Positions 48,368 to 60,624 are shown, counted from the stretch's first letter. The stretch is DNA of 64,000 nt from Asterias rubens (GCF_902459465.1 NC_047065.1:21080001-21144000); one strand, 5' to 3'. Notes: generated by a model from the sequence alone, not told the origin. Translations and numbers: made by a program.

Positions 48368-50860
48368 TAAAGTTTTTTATTTTAAAGTCATCATAATTAT
48401 TATTAATATTTTTTTTTTTAAACCACCAAATCGACACTCTAATTCTGGGGTACATGAGAAGAAAAAAAGCACACAACAACAACAAAAACAACAACACCAC
48501 AGCAACAACAACATTAAGACCATAATACAGACATTAAAAAAATGTTATATAACAATTCTGAAAACTGTCGAAAAGTAGTACAGTACTACTGACAGAATTA
48601 CGCTGATCTGGCTTAGTATCATCCCTAGACTGCATCCTAACCCCCCCCACCCCCCCCCCTCCCCACACACTCAAACAAAAACATAATAGAAAACAATTAT
48701 ATAAATACGATAATATAGAAAATGCTTTTCAGAAAACTGCCACACTAAAATAAGAATTGATGATCATCATCATCATTTCAATTTATAAGCACCCCTCTAA
48801 ACCATGGGTGATACCTCAGGAACAAGTACAGTTTATCTGTTTATCAGCTGAAAACTAAAATAAATTCCAAGAAATATTCACACAGAAAAAAAAATCACAG
48901 TGACAAATCACCCCTCAACTAATTCACTTGAAGAGTTCGAGTCACAGTCGATGATTGTATTCTACTTCTATGATCCAACTATCTTGAAGAAATTAATGAA
49001 TTCCCTCAAACTCGCCCCAAACCCGTACACTTCAGGTTCTTAAAATGTAACAGTTGATGATAAACATGCTCCCTTTCTTGTTTTTTCCCCGTCCTTCTTT
49101 TTTTCTTTCTCTTGTCCGTTTTCAAGTGATTGGCAAAGTAACTGGTATCCAGCATGATGGTGTGATAATTGCTGGGTAGCTTTTATCCACTTGCGATCTG
49201 CTAGCGCTTGGAGAGGCTCCATTAACACTTATTGAACCGGAGTGCCTCTAATATTCCCCCTCATCTGTTTAATTTTTTTGCCATTCTCTTAAAAGCCATG
49301 CTTTAATACTTCAACATCAAGTTTTTCCGGCCCCTTGGTCATATCGACGCAAGAAACAAAAGGACGGAGAGTGGAGAGAGTCTTGGCGAGGAGACTTTGG
49401 CGAGAGAGTGAGAGAGAAGGAACGGGGAGAAAGTGCATGTGGGGAGATCTACCTGTAATTAACGCTTAGATCATGCGATAGCTTATCAGCAGAGGCATGC
49501 GTCAGTTAGGGTTGAATTCTTAATGGCAATAAAGTCCCCAGGTGATTTATGACAGCCATCCAGAACGGGTCATATTCTTAATTAATGCAGGGATCTCGTC
49601 AAGGGATAGTGTAACAGTTGAAGATTATAATGCCCTGCCCAGGTACACAAGAGGGAACAACGATCTCACAGCACTATGCCTCTCTCTCTAACTCAACTCA
49701 TATATGCATCTGTCAGTTGTAATTCCATTTGAACAGAAGATCTGACACGACCTTTACTCAAAGTACAGGGGACAAAGGCAGCTGACTTTTAATCAAATTA
49801 TTATTTAACATCCTTAATGCCTCGCTCATTGAGATGTGTACAAGTACATACATTAAACCCAAGTGACATCTACATGTATGTGTGTGTTGAGGGCAAACCT
49901 TTATATTATAGCCTGTAACTGAACAGGACTTTGTACACAAAGATGCACAGGTTGCTGTTGTCTGAGAACTCTGTGTTTGAAGTGAAAAATCTTGTTGATT
50001 CATTTCATCAAGAGGACTGCTTAGTTTTGGTTTCCTTTGATGAGAAAGTGCCCTGGTGATTTGTTTGATGTAAATAATTGAAAATGAAATTTGTATGGTT
50101 TAATAAAAATTAAAAAACACTCTCACAGCCTGTCGGCTGAAATAATTTGTACGAGTTTAAAAAACATTTAAATATATTAATTATCATGAGTGTTTATGAT
50201 AGTCTGCATTTCTCTCCAGGGAAATAATCATGTTTTGGTAACATATGCTTCCACTAAATGTGAGCGAAGTTTTTTAAAGAGGGACTCCAAGTTTTGAGTT
50301 CAGTCTTGTTATCCACTCGGTTTCTAGTGTCAGTCCTTAAGAAAGTGGAAAAAGAAAGGTTACTATAAGTCTCTTACCTCACAGTTAAAACAGTGTAAAA
50401 TTTTGATATTCTTCCAGGGTGAATTTGTCAACATCTATGAAATGCATGACTATCATAATAATATATGGGTCTGTAAATTCGTGTACGTGGATTTTTTTTT
50501 AAAATGCAATCAAAGAGGTATTAAATTTGACCTTTTGACTGAATCAGAAATTCCTGTTTGGAATGTTAAGACACATTCATTGTTGCTATCTGGTGACGTT
50601 ATGCTTCAAATTAACGTGACTCTGAAAGAATATCAAATAAGATGGCATTTCACACCTTTTAAACAGAAGGTCAGAGTCTGGTAATATTTTCTTCTCTTTT
50701 ATAAGGAGGGACTGTCTCCCTTGTGAAATAAACGCGCCACAAAACTGAATTTGAATAAACTGAATAACCTTGAACCAAATTTTTAAGAGAAATTTGGGGA
50801 AGAAACCTGTCTTAAACTGATTTGGGGTAAATTATGACAAGTAAAAATGTGTGAGTCTTA

Positions 50861-50989
50861 GGCCGTGTCCAAAACGGCGACTTCGGCTACAGCTACGGCT
50901 AGATCGCGCGTGTCTGCCTATTCTTCAACACTGGTGGACGCGCTGATCTAGACGTAGCTGTAGCCGAAGTCGTCGTTTCGGACACGGCC
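50861..50989. mobile_element. Tourist/Harbinger-like palindromic MITE (129 bp)
   Basis: TTA|GGCCGTGTCCAAAACGGCGACTTCGGCTACAGCTAC ... GTAGCTGTAGCCGAAGTCGTCGTTTCGGACACGGCC|TCA (TWA-like TSD with one mismatch). Confidence 0.8.
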
Positions 50990-52984
50990 TCAGTTTTCAT
51001 GCATGGAATTGTCATAATCTGGATTTATTTTCCTTCCTCACCAAAAGTAAGAAGGATTGCGAGGCACTATTAGAAGATACACAACCCAACAAAGTCAATG
51101 TTTGAACAGGATCATGTTGGAATTTGTGCCGAACTCAAACTTCAGGGTAAATATCAGTGATATTTGCTTTCTAAAGTGATACGTTTGAAAGTTTTTTTCA
51201 GCAAAGTATGGACAAAATTGTGATTTTAAGAATGTAGGTCAGTGAATCTCATGATACTGAAATTAACCGGAGACTTTCCCTGTCACAAGGTGGCAGCAGA
51301 CTAGAAAGGTTAATCTATTGTTCTCACAAAATGTACATCAGGCCGGAAATACATATTTCTAGCTGTGTAAATGAAGAATGGCTAGCAATGTGTAAAACGC
51401 ATGCACACTCCAGGTAAAAATTCCCTGAAATACGCTTGACGAAAGTGCGGAATTACCTGCTTTGTAATCGTCAATTCTTTGCTTACGGTAAGCAGAAGCA
51501 TTTCTTCAAAGCAACTTCACGAAAGTTACTGTTTCATTCATTCTTCTACAATTAACAAATAATGGTCTGATGCTTCAACCCTCAAGTTTTTCTCGAGCCT
51601 AAAATAATAGAAAAGACTCATTTCAGGACGAAATTTCAGACCATTAGCAAATTTCTTGTGCCATAGGTCTTTTGGCAACAGCTAATTTTGTTTTGTCATA
51701 TACAAATTTTGACTTTTGAAATATCGCTTTTTACTTTTTGTGATTCATCCCAATCTTTATGGGTATTTATTAAAATTATCTAATCTTTCTTTAAGAAATT
51801 TTTTTTTTTCGTCAAAATTATTTTGTTACTTTTAAAGAAGACTGAACAAAGTTGTCACATGGGCTTCTTTCTCTACCAAGTTGTATTTAAAAGTTAAACC
51901 AATTTTGAAAGAAATTTTAGTTATTCACAATTTAAACTATTTTCCAGTTGTTCACACATGAAAATGTAAACTTCAATTAAATAAAAGAGATAAAAAAAAA
52001 TTAGCTGTTGCAAACTGCTTACTAACCAAAATGACACGTTAGGCAAAAAAAAAAAAAGTTATTGGCCTGACGTTTCAACCCTAGCAGAGTCCGTCTCGAA
52101 GGCTTTTACATAAGAAGTCGTCTTTAATTATTTTCTTCAATTAGTTATGATTCAATGTAAAATATGCATCAACGCCGAGGTAGTTTAATTAACTTAATCA
52201 AATCCAGGCTTACACAGGCCTCTAAACTAAAGTGCGTCTTCACATGTTTTTTTTTTAACTGACCACGTCTAGTATGTCAATGAGTGTAAAATTGAATAAG
52301 ATTTCCCTCCCTTTAAAAAAAAGGTCATTTTCAATTTGAACAAATTCTGGATTCTGATAGTGAGCGGAGATCCATTGTGCTCCGCAGTGACGGCTTTGCG
52401 CTGGATGGTGTGCCCTAAGGCAACCCTAGCTACGCGCGTGTTACTCCGTTTCTTACATTTCACCTTATCTGCCTGCTGGGATCATCAACAAGTTAATAGG
52501 CAAATAGGTCTTGAATGATCAAACATAATGGCGGCCAGCCATACAATTTCTCTGGCTATGGTTTCCTACCCCCCCCCCCAAGATTACATTTTTGCACATT
52601 GTGATTTCATTCAACTATTCTAAAACTGCATGTGTTGTTGTCTTTTTAGTTTTTTTTTTTTTTAAAGGATTATTGTCCATATGTGGAAGGTCTTGAATGA
52701 CAGAACCACAATGTGGAGTGAATTACATTCTATTTATAGGCTATGGTTTCTCCAATCCCATGATCCTACTGTGTACAAGTGATCTCATTAAATTATTGTA
52801 AACTAGTTTTTTTTTTTTTTTTGGCTGGGATTTGTTTGTCAATATATTTTATTTACCGTGCTTTTAATTTTGCTCTTTGAAAAAAAATCAATGTTTGTTA
52901 TTAACAAGTTCTAAAACGTCTATAAACCTGTTAGAGACCATAGTTGCTAGACCCATTCGCCTCTCTTAATATTTATGCATGAGG

Positions 52985-53085
52985 TACGTCACAATGTTAA
53001 CCCAAAACGAGGCAATGGGCGGAGCCACTGCAAGTGATGGGGGACTTGCGCCCATAGCCTCATTTTGGGTAAAAATTGAGATGTC
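52985..53085. repeat. Imperfect ~100-bp hairpin, probably a small MITE
   Basis: ACCCAAAACGAGGCAATGGGCG versus CGCCCATAGCCTCATTTTGGGT. Confidence 0.6.
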
Positions 53086-53344
53086 ATGCACAAATATTCA
53101 GAGAGGCGTATTCCAAGGTAGTCCCATACTGTATATTTCTGTTTATCCTGAAATTTTTCCTGGAAATTCACTGAAGTTATTTCTGAAAATAACAAAGTCA
53201 ACAAATCAAACATATTAACAGTGTCTGGGCATAATTATGGTGATGATTAACAGATGGTTTCTATTGAGTTAAAGCCTACACCTTATATAGGTCAGCCCTT
53301 TGACTGGACAAAAATATTCCTTCCTTTTTTTCAAAGAACCAAAA

Positions 53345-54010
53345 TTTGACAAATTATGGAATTTACTCCATATCACTGTGCTCATCTGATCTGTGTATTC
53401 CTCCTTTTTTCATACAAAGGATCAAATATCATTGCCTGTTTTATTTAGTATTTATTTATTTATTTATTTATTTATTTATTTGGACACATCATGTTAAAGG
53501 CAGTGGACACTATTGGTAATTACTCAAAAAAATTATTAGCATAAAAACCTTACTTGGTAACGAGTAATGGGGAGAGGTTGATAGTATAAAACATTGTGAG
53601 AAACGGCTCCCTCTGAAGTGACGTAGTTTTCGAGAAAAAAGTAATTTTCTGCAAATGGATTTCAGGACTTCAGATTTAGAATTTGAGGTCTCGCAACTTC
53701 AACGACCAACTGAGCTCAAATTTTCACAGGTTTGTTATTTTATGCATTTGTTGAGAAACACCAAGTGAGAAGACTGGTCTTTGACAACTACCAATAGCGT
53801 CCAGGGTCTTTAAATACCAAGACAAATTATGGAATTTACTCAACATTCACTGTGCTCATCTGATTTGTGTGTTTCTACTTTTTTTTATTATAAAGAATCA
53901 AATATCATTGTCTGTTTTATTTAGTATTTATTTATTTGGACATACCATGTTAAAAACCATGACAAATTATAAAATTGACCCCACATCCACTGTGCTCATC
54001 TGATCGGTGT
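53345..54010 (+). repeat. 140-bp tandem repeat (~2.4 units) with a family C insertion, abutting the exon 4 acceptor
   Basis: The anchor GACAAATTAT is at 53348, 53821 and 53961. CACTGTGCTCATCTGAT occurs in each unit. Confidence 0.85.
53498..53809 (+). mobile_element. Kolobok-like MITE family C (small internal deletion)
   Basis: TTAA|AGGCAGTGGACAC ... AATAGCGTCCAGGGTCT|TTAA. The adjacent repeat unit shows the empty single-TTAA site. Confidence 0.9.
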
Positions 54011-54059
54011 GTTCCTGTCTGTCGTAATAAATGGCTTCTCACTTTGCTTTCTATTCCAG

Positions 54060-54149
54060 CTGCAGTCTTTGAATCAAGCGCTGGAAGAGAAGAATGCCCG
54101 GCTTACCGATCAGTTAGACCAACTGAAAAAGCATGACCTTAAGCTAGAT
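54060..54149 (+). CDS. Coiled-coil protein, coding exon 4 (30 aa)
   Basis: Acceptor ctttgctttctattccAG and donor GAT|GTAAGT; 90 nt, phase 0-0. LQSLNQALEEKNARLTDQLDQLKKHDLKLD. Confidence 0.88.
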
Positions 54150-54284
54150 GTAAGTATGTCTTTATGTAAAGGAACGATACATCATAAGGTTTCATTCATT
54201 CACACTCTTCAATATCACTGAGACATTTCTTACAGCTAACCTGTGACAATTTTCTCTAAGCAGGTGCTCTTGTTCCCAATTTAA

Positions 54285-54620
54285 AGGGTCTGGGTACTTT
54301 TTGTAGGACACAAAACACAATGTCCACAAATTTACATCAAACTCACACAGTTTGAAGATAATGATGGTAGAAAGTTTCCCTTAAAATATTACTTGCTATT
54401 AAAGGTGCTTTAGTTTTTGAGAAATTGTTAAACTAGTTACACAAATTATTTTAGTCTTGGGTAGTTGAACATTATTTTAGCATTCTGAATCATGACATTG
54501 TTTTACTAATTTCTCAAGTAATATTTTAAGGGAAGCTTTCTACTGTCATTATCTTTCAACAGAAGTTTAATGTAAATCTGTGGACATTGTGTTTTGTGTT
54601 ACAAAAAGTTCCCACATCCT
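54285..54620 (+). mobile_element. Kolobok-like MITE family H
   Basis: TTAA|AGGGTCTGGGTACTTTTTGTAGGACACAAAACACAATGTCCAC ... GTGGACATTGTGTTTTGTGTTACAAAAAGTTCCCACATCCT|TTAC. Confidence 0.8.
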
Positions 54621-54884
54621 TTACAGGCAACTTCTTTCAGTTTTGGTTTTGGAGGTTTTTTTTTACTCCTGTCTATTTTTTATAAACACACCATCCAAAC
54701 AACTTGTTAATTAAAGGTTGTCATCATCATGGGTTCTCCCCAGGTTTCTTTTTAAACTGTGGGACATTCTGGACCCCAATTTTGGAAGTTTGGCCGAAGC
54801 ACGCTGAATTTAAACAAAGTCTGCTGAATGTTTTCTACTTCGTGACTATCTTGGGTTTTTAAAGTCCTACTATGCAATCATCAG

Positions 54885-55052
54885 CCGATTTCACGAAATG
54901 CTGGGATTAATCCTATCTCGAGTTAGGATGAGTAACCCGTCCGAACTTAGGATGGGGGCCAATTCGTTCTAACGTCTTCGGATACAGAACTGAACTCGTC
55001 CTAGGTCCTAAGATTAATCCTAAGTCAGGAAGAGTTTGTTGAAAATCGACGG
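54885..55052. mobile_element. Harbinger-like MITE family E
   Basis: Colinear with 34148-34314; ends AAATCGACGG|CTG; left flank CAG. Confidence 0.75.
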
Positions 55053-56659
55053 CTGGAGCATTCTATATGGTTTTCTCTTCTTTTTTTGGACTCACGTTGT
55101 GCGTATCAAGCCGATAGGCTAGCTTGTGCACCAATAGAAATTTTATTTTAACAATTCCCAATTGAATGTTTTTCTTAGGCATGAGATACGTGATAGGATT
55201 AAGAAACAGTTGTCTTCAAGTGAAACCAAATCAAGTGGGAAGCTTGTTTTTCTGTCTGGAGTAGTAGTAGTTACGAAACCAACTTTGTGATTTTCTTAAA
55301 TTAAGAAAACAAAATAGCAAAACACCAACCTTTACTGTCTTACTTATATGAAGAAATTCAAGATGTGTTTAGAAAATCAAAGTGATTGAAATACTTGTTT
55401 TCTTACTTATTTACTTGCTTGTTTACAAGGCAAGGTTTAAAGCACTGTAAATATAACAAGGCTTAAGATTTGTGTGAAGAAAACTACATCACAGTTGTAC
55501 ATGATGCCTCAGTCCATCCTTAGATTCCCTTGATACTGATTCAAGTGTGAATTTCTCAACTTGATAATGAAGGTGTTTTTTTCTTTCTTTTAGAAAACAC
55601 TGAAAATGAGTGCTCTACTTTTAATTGTTGGGTATAGAAACAGACGTCGGCACAGTTTAAGGAAATTTGACACAGTTTTTGAAATTTGTTCCCATTTGGG
55701 AGAATGCGTTTGCTCTGGCAATCAAGGCAGTGCCCACTCGACCATGATGTGCAATGTTTGCCTCAACGATGAAAAAGTATTAACAATAATTATTACATTA
55801 TCGCAAATTGGGTTTTCTGGAGGGAGGACTAATGCTTGTATATATTTAAGAAGTGGGGGGGGGGGGGGGGGTTCTATCCAACAACTCGGGTCTCTCTCTC
55901 TCTCTCTCTCTCCACGACTGAGTTGACTTACGGTAACAGACCGTGAAAGGGTAAATGTACGCAGTGCCGCAGAGCGTGTTTAGGCAGCTAAACCCTCAGC
56001 GCCTGCAGTCGGTCAGGCATGACTGACAGTGATTGTCAACGACACGGTTCCATACATTTTAGTCTGGCCGGTTCAAAGGCAGCCGGCGGTGGGTGACGCA
56101 ATCATGACCCAGAATATTATGATTGATAGTGTGACACATCACCTCGATAATTTAGATGTCCCTTTTTTTTCCCTTTTTTTTTCTTCTCTTTTTTTTTTTT
56201 GAAGGAAGGGGGAAAGAGTTTTATGTCTATTGGTGGGAGGGTGTGATGGTGTTCGGGGTTTAATAATGCACTGCAAGTTGTAGATTTTTATTGATGAGTT
56301 GTAGTGTTCCTTATGACCTGTTTTTATAATTTTTGTAATATCCAGCAAATGAGTGGGTTACTTTAATCAAAATTTAAAGAGAGAGAGAGAGAGAGGGGCA
56401 AAAACAGACGCCCAAGTCATGAATGATTCTGTGTGGTTACTGCGGAATAGTTGTAAATGAGCTTCAAAACCATTTTGAAGTTGAAACAAAAGTAAACTAT
56501 GGTAGCTGGTTTACAAATTTGAAAGATTTTACAGACTTATCTTGAAATGCCTGAGGAGAAATTAAAATGTACCCAATTCTGCTTTCACCAAGTTTTTGTC
56601 TTCACAGCCAAACAAAATGCTGTTCCTTGAAACACAAACAAAAAGTACTTTTTATTTCA

Positions 56660-57041
56660 AGAGCTTTCCAGAATTGGCAAGAAAACAAAATTGTGAAGAT
56701 CACAGATTTACATCAAACTTCCACGGCCTAATGATGATGATAGTATAAAATATCCCTTGAAATATTTCTCTCTGAAATAAATGTCATATTTGATGAGAAA
56801 TAACTTATCTTGTTTCACGTTTGAATTTCATGGCTCAGTGAGCGTTTTATTCATTTTTTTGCATCGATGTCATGAAAAATGTGCAATCGGCTTTCACTAT
56901 TTTCTCGTGACCCAGTTGGCTGATTGCTCTCAAACTTCCCCAGGTTTTTCAGTTTATGTATAATTTTGTTATGGTGGATTACATAAAGTGCTTATACTGC
57001 CAGCAAATGTTTTGAAGCGAAACCAACTCTGTAATGTTCCT
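56660..57041. mobile_element. Kolobok-like MITE family F, divergent and in opposite orientation
   Basis: Ends CCAACTCTGTAATGTTCCT|TTAA. The left part is the reverse complement of ~5900-6040. Confidence 0.7.
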
Positions 57042-57388
57042 TTAATGTTGATTTACTGTGGCCGTACTGTGATTTTATGAAGTAAAAAAAGCAGTAAGAA
57101 TCAGACAATGTTTTTAGTCTTGTTCATAAAAGGGTTCAATTTTTAACATACATTTTTGTAAAAATAATATTTTGTTCTTTTTTTCTTTGTTAAAATGCAT
57201 GACAGATGAGGAATACCGAATTACTCCTTCTGTGTTTTACATATCAATATCCATCTCAACCCCTTTAAACATTGGAACCCCTTTTCTCTCTAAATTAGTG
57301 CAGTAGGATTACCAAGTAGCTGTACAGTGTACCTAATAAAAATTCAGACGTGAGCACTTTTCTTTTTTTACCGTTGCCATCGCTGTAG

Positions 57389-58144
57389 GTGCTGATCCAA
57401 CAACTTGATCGTACCATCGCCCAAGTCATGGAATTGAAGACAGCAAATGAGCATCTCTCCGCCGAAAGCACACGCCTGGCAAATGAGAACATTGGCCTGA
57501 AGGCTGACGCCAACCAACTCCAAGATTGTGAAGCTTGCAGGGAACGTCTGACCTTGGAGCTGGGTGAAGCCCATCAAAAGATCAAGGAGTTCACGTTTAA
57601 GATAGAACACCTCGAGAATGAGTTGGAATCAGCGAGGAGCTTCAAACAGGAGAAGAACGAGGGTAACGAGAAACTGAAGAAGTACGTTGCGAGACTGAGC
57701 AAAGAGGCGATAGCGTATCAGCAAGAGATTGCCAGGGTGAGTGAGAGCGAGACATCCTTGAGAGGAGAACTGGAGGAGAAGTCGACAGAGCTCCAAGAGG
57801 AGCTTGTTGAGAGAGATAGGATGCTTGCCTTCATCGAGAGACTCCAAGATGAGATCCGAAAGAGAGAGGTCCTCCTCGCTGACAGCTTCCCCAAGAAACC
57901 CATCGTTGAGAAATCAGAAGGATTGAACTTTAGGGAATTTGTTCACCTGAAACGAGAAGTAAACTACCTGAGAGAGGAGAATGAGGGGCTACGCCTTTCA
58001 GAGAGGATGAAGCCGTTGGCGTTACCTAGCCTGAAGGGTCCATCACCAGGAGGAGATGTTAAGGAGAAGAAGAAGAACAAGGCGAGCAGGAACAGTGCGT
58101 CTTCATCCAAGTCTTCCATCTTGAGCATCTCTAATATTAGGTAG
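57389..58144 (+). CDS. Coiled-coil protein, terminal coding exon (251 aa + stop)
   Basis: Acceptor ccatcgctgtAG|GTG (phase 0). Longest ORF in the window, with a clear GC/codon shift and E/K/L/R-rich heptads, ending in a basic, Ser-rich tail. TAG at 58142-58144. Confidence 0.92.
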   Translation: MLIQQLDRTIAQVMELKTANEHLSAESTRLANENIGLKADANQLQDCEACRERLTLELGEAHQKIKEFTFKIEHLENELESARSFKQEKNEGNEKLKKYVARLSKEAIAYQQEIARVSESETSLRGELEEKSTELQEELVERDRMLAFIERLQDEIRKREVLLADSFPKKPIVEKSEGLNFREFVHLKREVNYLREENEGLRLSERMKPLALPSLKGPSPGGDVKEKKKNKASRNSASSSKSSILSISNIR

Positions 58145-60624
58145 CAGTTCTGTAAAGTGAGATGCAACAATGATAATGTTATCATAAACTTGTTATCGCA
58201 CATGATTTGTTTAAACTTCCATGTAAAGGATAGACCCAATGTTGGTTTTGGTATTGTATCCACAGTTTGTGTGATCCAACCTTTTTTAGTTCATGGGTAG
58301 ACCAGATTGAATATGACGTCACCGTTCAAATATCTGCCCTACAAGATGGTGTCTGTGCGCGTGTGCGTAGTTGTGTGCGTGCATGTGCCGTAAAAATCAA
58401 ACCAGGAATGCTGCGTATTCACAAACGGCAGTGAAAAACCCGATCACTGTTTTCAAAGATCAGATGAATGACTTGGCGGGAACCAAATTGGATTGTTTTA
58501 CTTTATTTCTGAAAAACTGTGCATTAGGCAAAACAAATTCAATGGAAGTTTTCCAACATGTTCATCTTTATACCATGTAACTTATGTGCAAATCTGCGTA
58601 TGTTTATATTGTTAATCTTACCAATGCCATGCACACAACAACACATTCATCACCTTCTGTTGGAGAGTACTTATATATTATGCTTGTCTTGCATAATAGT
58701 TTTCTACAAGGTCTGCCTTGTTTTTGTTTTTTTACTTGAGTTAAGTTTTAATAGGTGCTGAGTGGTCAAGATCAAACCAGGCCTGTAGTTGTATTTTTCA
58801 ATGCTGCCATAAATCACAAAATAGTGCAAAGTGTATAGTCAAAGTGACAGTTCTTGTAATTATTCAAAAGTACATACAAAAGTAAACTTTAAACAATGGA
58901 ATTATGAATTCTCAACCAGTTACTGTATCCGTACACCTTCCCTCCAAATAAAAGGGAGGGCACATGCAGGAACTGGGTCAAAGTTTATAGTTTTATTGTA
59001 CAGCCACTGGCCTGCTTTGATAATGATGACACGGACCCTTTTGTATATATACTCCATAGAGACTTTTTATACCGTCCATGTAAATAACCTTAAAATTAAA
59101 AAAGTACCAAAAGAAAAATATGCATCTTGTGTGTTTATGAAATTATATATTTATTTTGGATCAAAAGATCAATCCTTCTGCTTTTTAAACTGATTGTATT
59201 GATCGGGTTGGACAATAGACCTTATGCAAATGTTGTCATTTAAGTAGGACGCCCTCAGCTTTAGGTCAAAAGAAGGTTGATCATTGGCTCAACCTATGTG
59301 CTGCTTGTACAAAGTTTGCGTTTTCCATATCACCATCCTTTTATATTTTAGATGATGGCATTTATAATGACATCAATGGATAAGGTACATTGTGTTCTGG
59401 AGTTTTTGTTTAGTGTACTCTTACACATTTCTTCCCCAATTTTAAAAAGATGTTCATTCTTGTCAGGGTTACTAGGATGAAGTAAACAAAAAAAGAATAA
59501 TACTTGCGGATAATTTTGTGTCAAAATATAGATATTACAAACATTCTTTATGGTCTGTTATTAGTTTTGTTTTACCTTTCACCGTTGTTTGTTAAGCACT
59601 TTATACTTTCCGAGTCAAAAACAAAAACCACAGGTGTAATACTTGGGTGAGATTCAAACCCATAACCTTTGCCATTCTAGATGTCATGTTTCTTTCTTGT
59701 TCTAATTTCCATGAACACTCTAGCACACTCTTAGTTCAAGGTATTTTTCTAGGAGTGTGTGATAAAATTGAAACTTCATTAAAAAAGTGTTACCTTTTGT
59801 GGACAATTTTGTCAGAATGTAGACATAAAACAAAACGTTTATCTGAGAGAGATTTGTAAAGCTTTTCATTGTGTAGAGGTAAGAGATACTTAGTTTGTGG
59901 TTGATAGCCATGTAGTCTCTTATTGGAAAAAAGTCTTGGTTCTGTAAAGAATTGAGTGTGTGAGATGGGTCTCGACATTTGGAAAAGTGTACTCTGCTCT
60001 TTTTATAAAAACACTCGACATTTACTAAAGGATATGAGCAGCTTGTGTGAAGACATTGCTGCTTCAAGTAGTTCAATCTGCGTCTAAAAACATTTCTTAA
60101 AGATCAACTTGAAATGAATTAAGATTGTTTTTCCCTTGTTACAGAAAGGTAAACCGGTGTATGAGTGTTTAACTGTACACAAAATGAGTGAAATTATAAA
60201 AGAAATGGTTTCATAATGTGAAAAAAACAATCACTTTTATCAGTGTTGGGCTGGGCAAAAATTCTGAGTTTCACAAAAAGTCCCTAAGTAACTAGGATTG
60301 AAAACAGCACTGTGAGGGCACACTGTGAACTCAATCCAAACAAGACGATGAAAGGTGCGTGTTGTGACATATTTTACGATTACAGCATGAACTAGTTTGT
60401 TTATGCTGGTTTTCTGAGGCACTGGTACTTCACTGTTGATTTCAATTTTCAATTTTCTGGGTCTTTGCTATGAACCCATGCAGGGTGCCACCAACGGTGA
60501 AAAAAAAAACCACTGGTCCAAAAATCAAAGAAGGGCGACTAGTTTTCCCGATCAAATTTAGCAAAATTCCAGGGAGGAAAACTTTACACTTAGTTTGAGT
60601 GATTTCATTCAAGTTGATCTTTCA

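Noticed and set aside
4428-58144. MIPOL1 as identity of the coiled-coil gene (large-intron bystander gene of the pharyngeal cluster)
   Set aside because: The translated exons lack the MIPOL1 motifs I recall (ERDEA/ERDAA repeats, LVEEVY). No symbol assigned.
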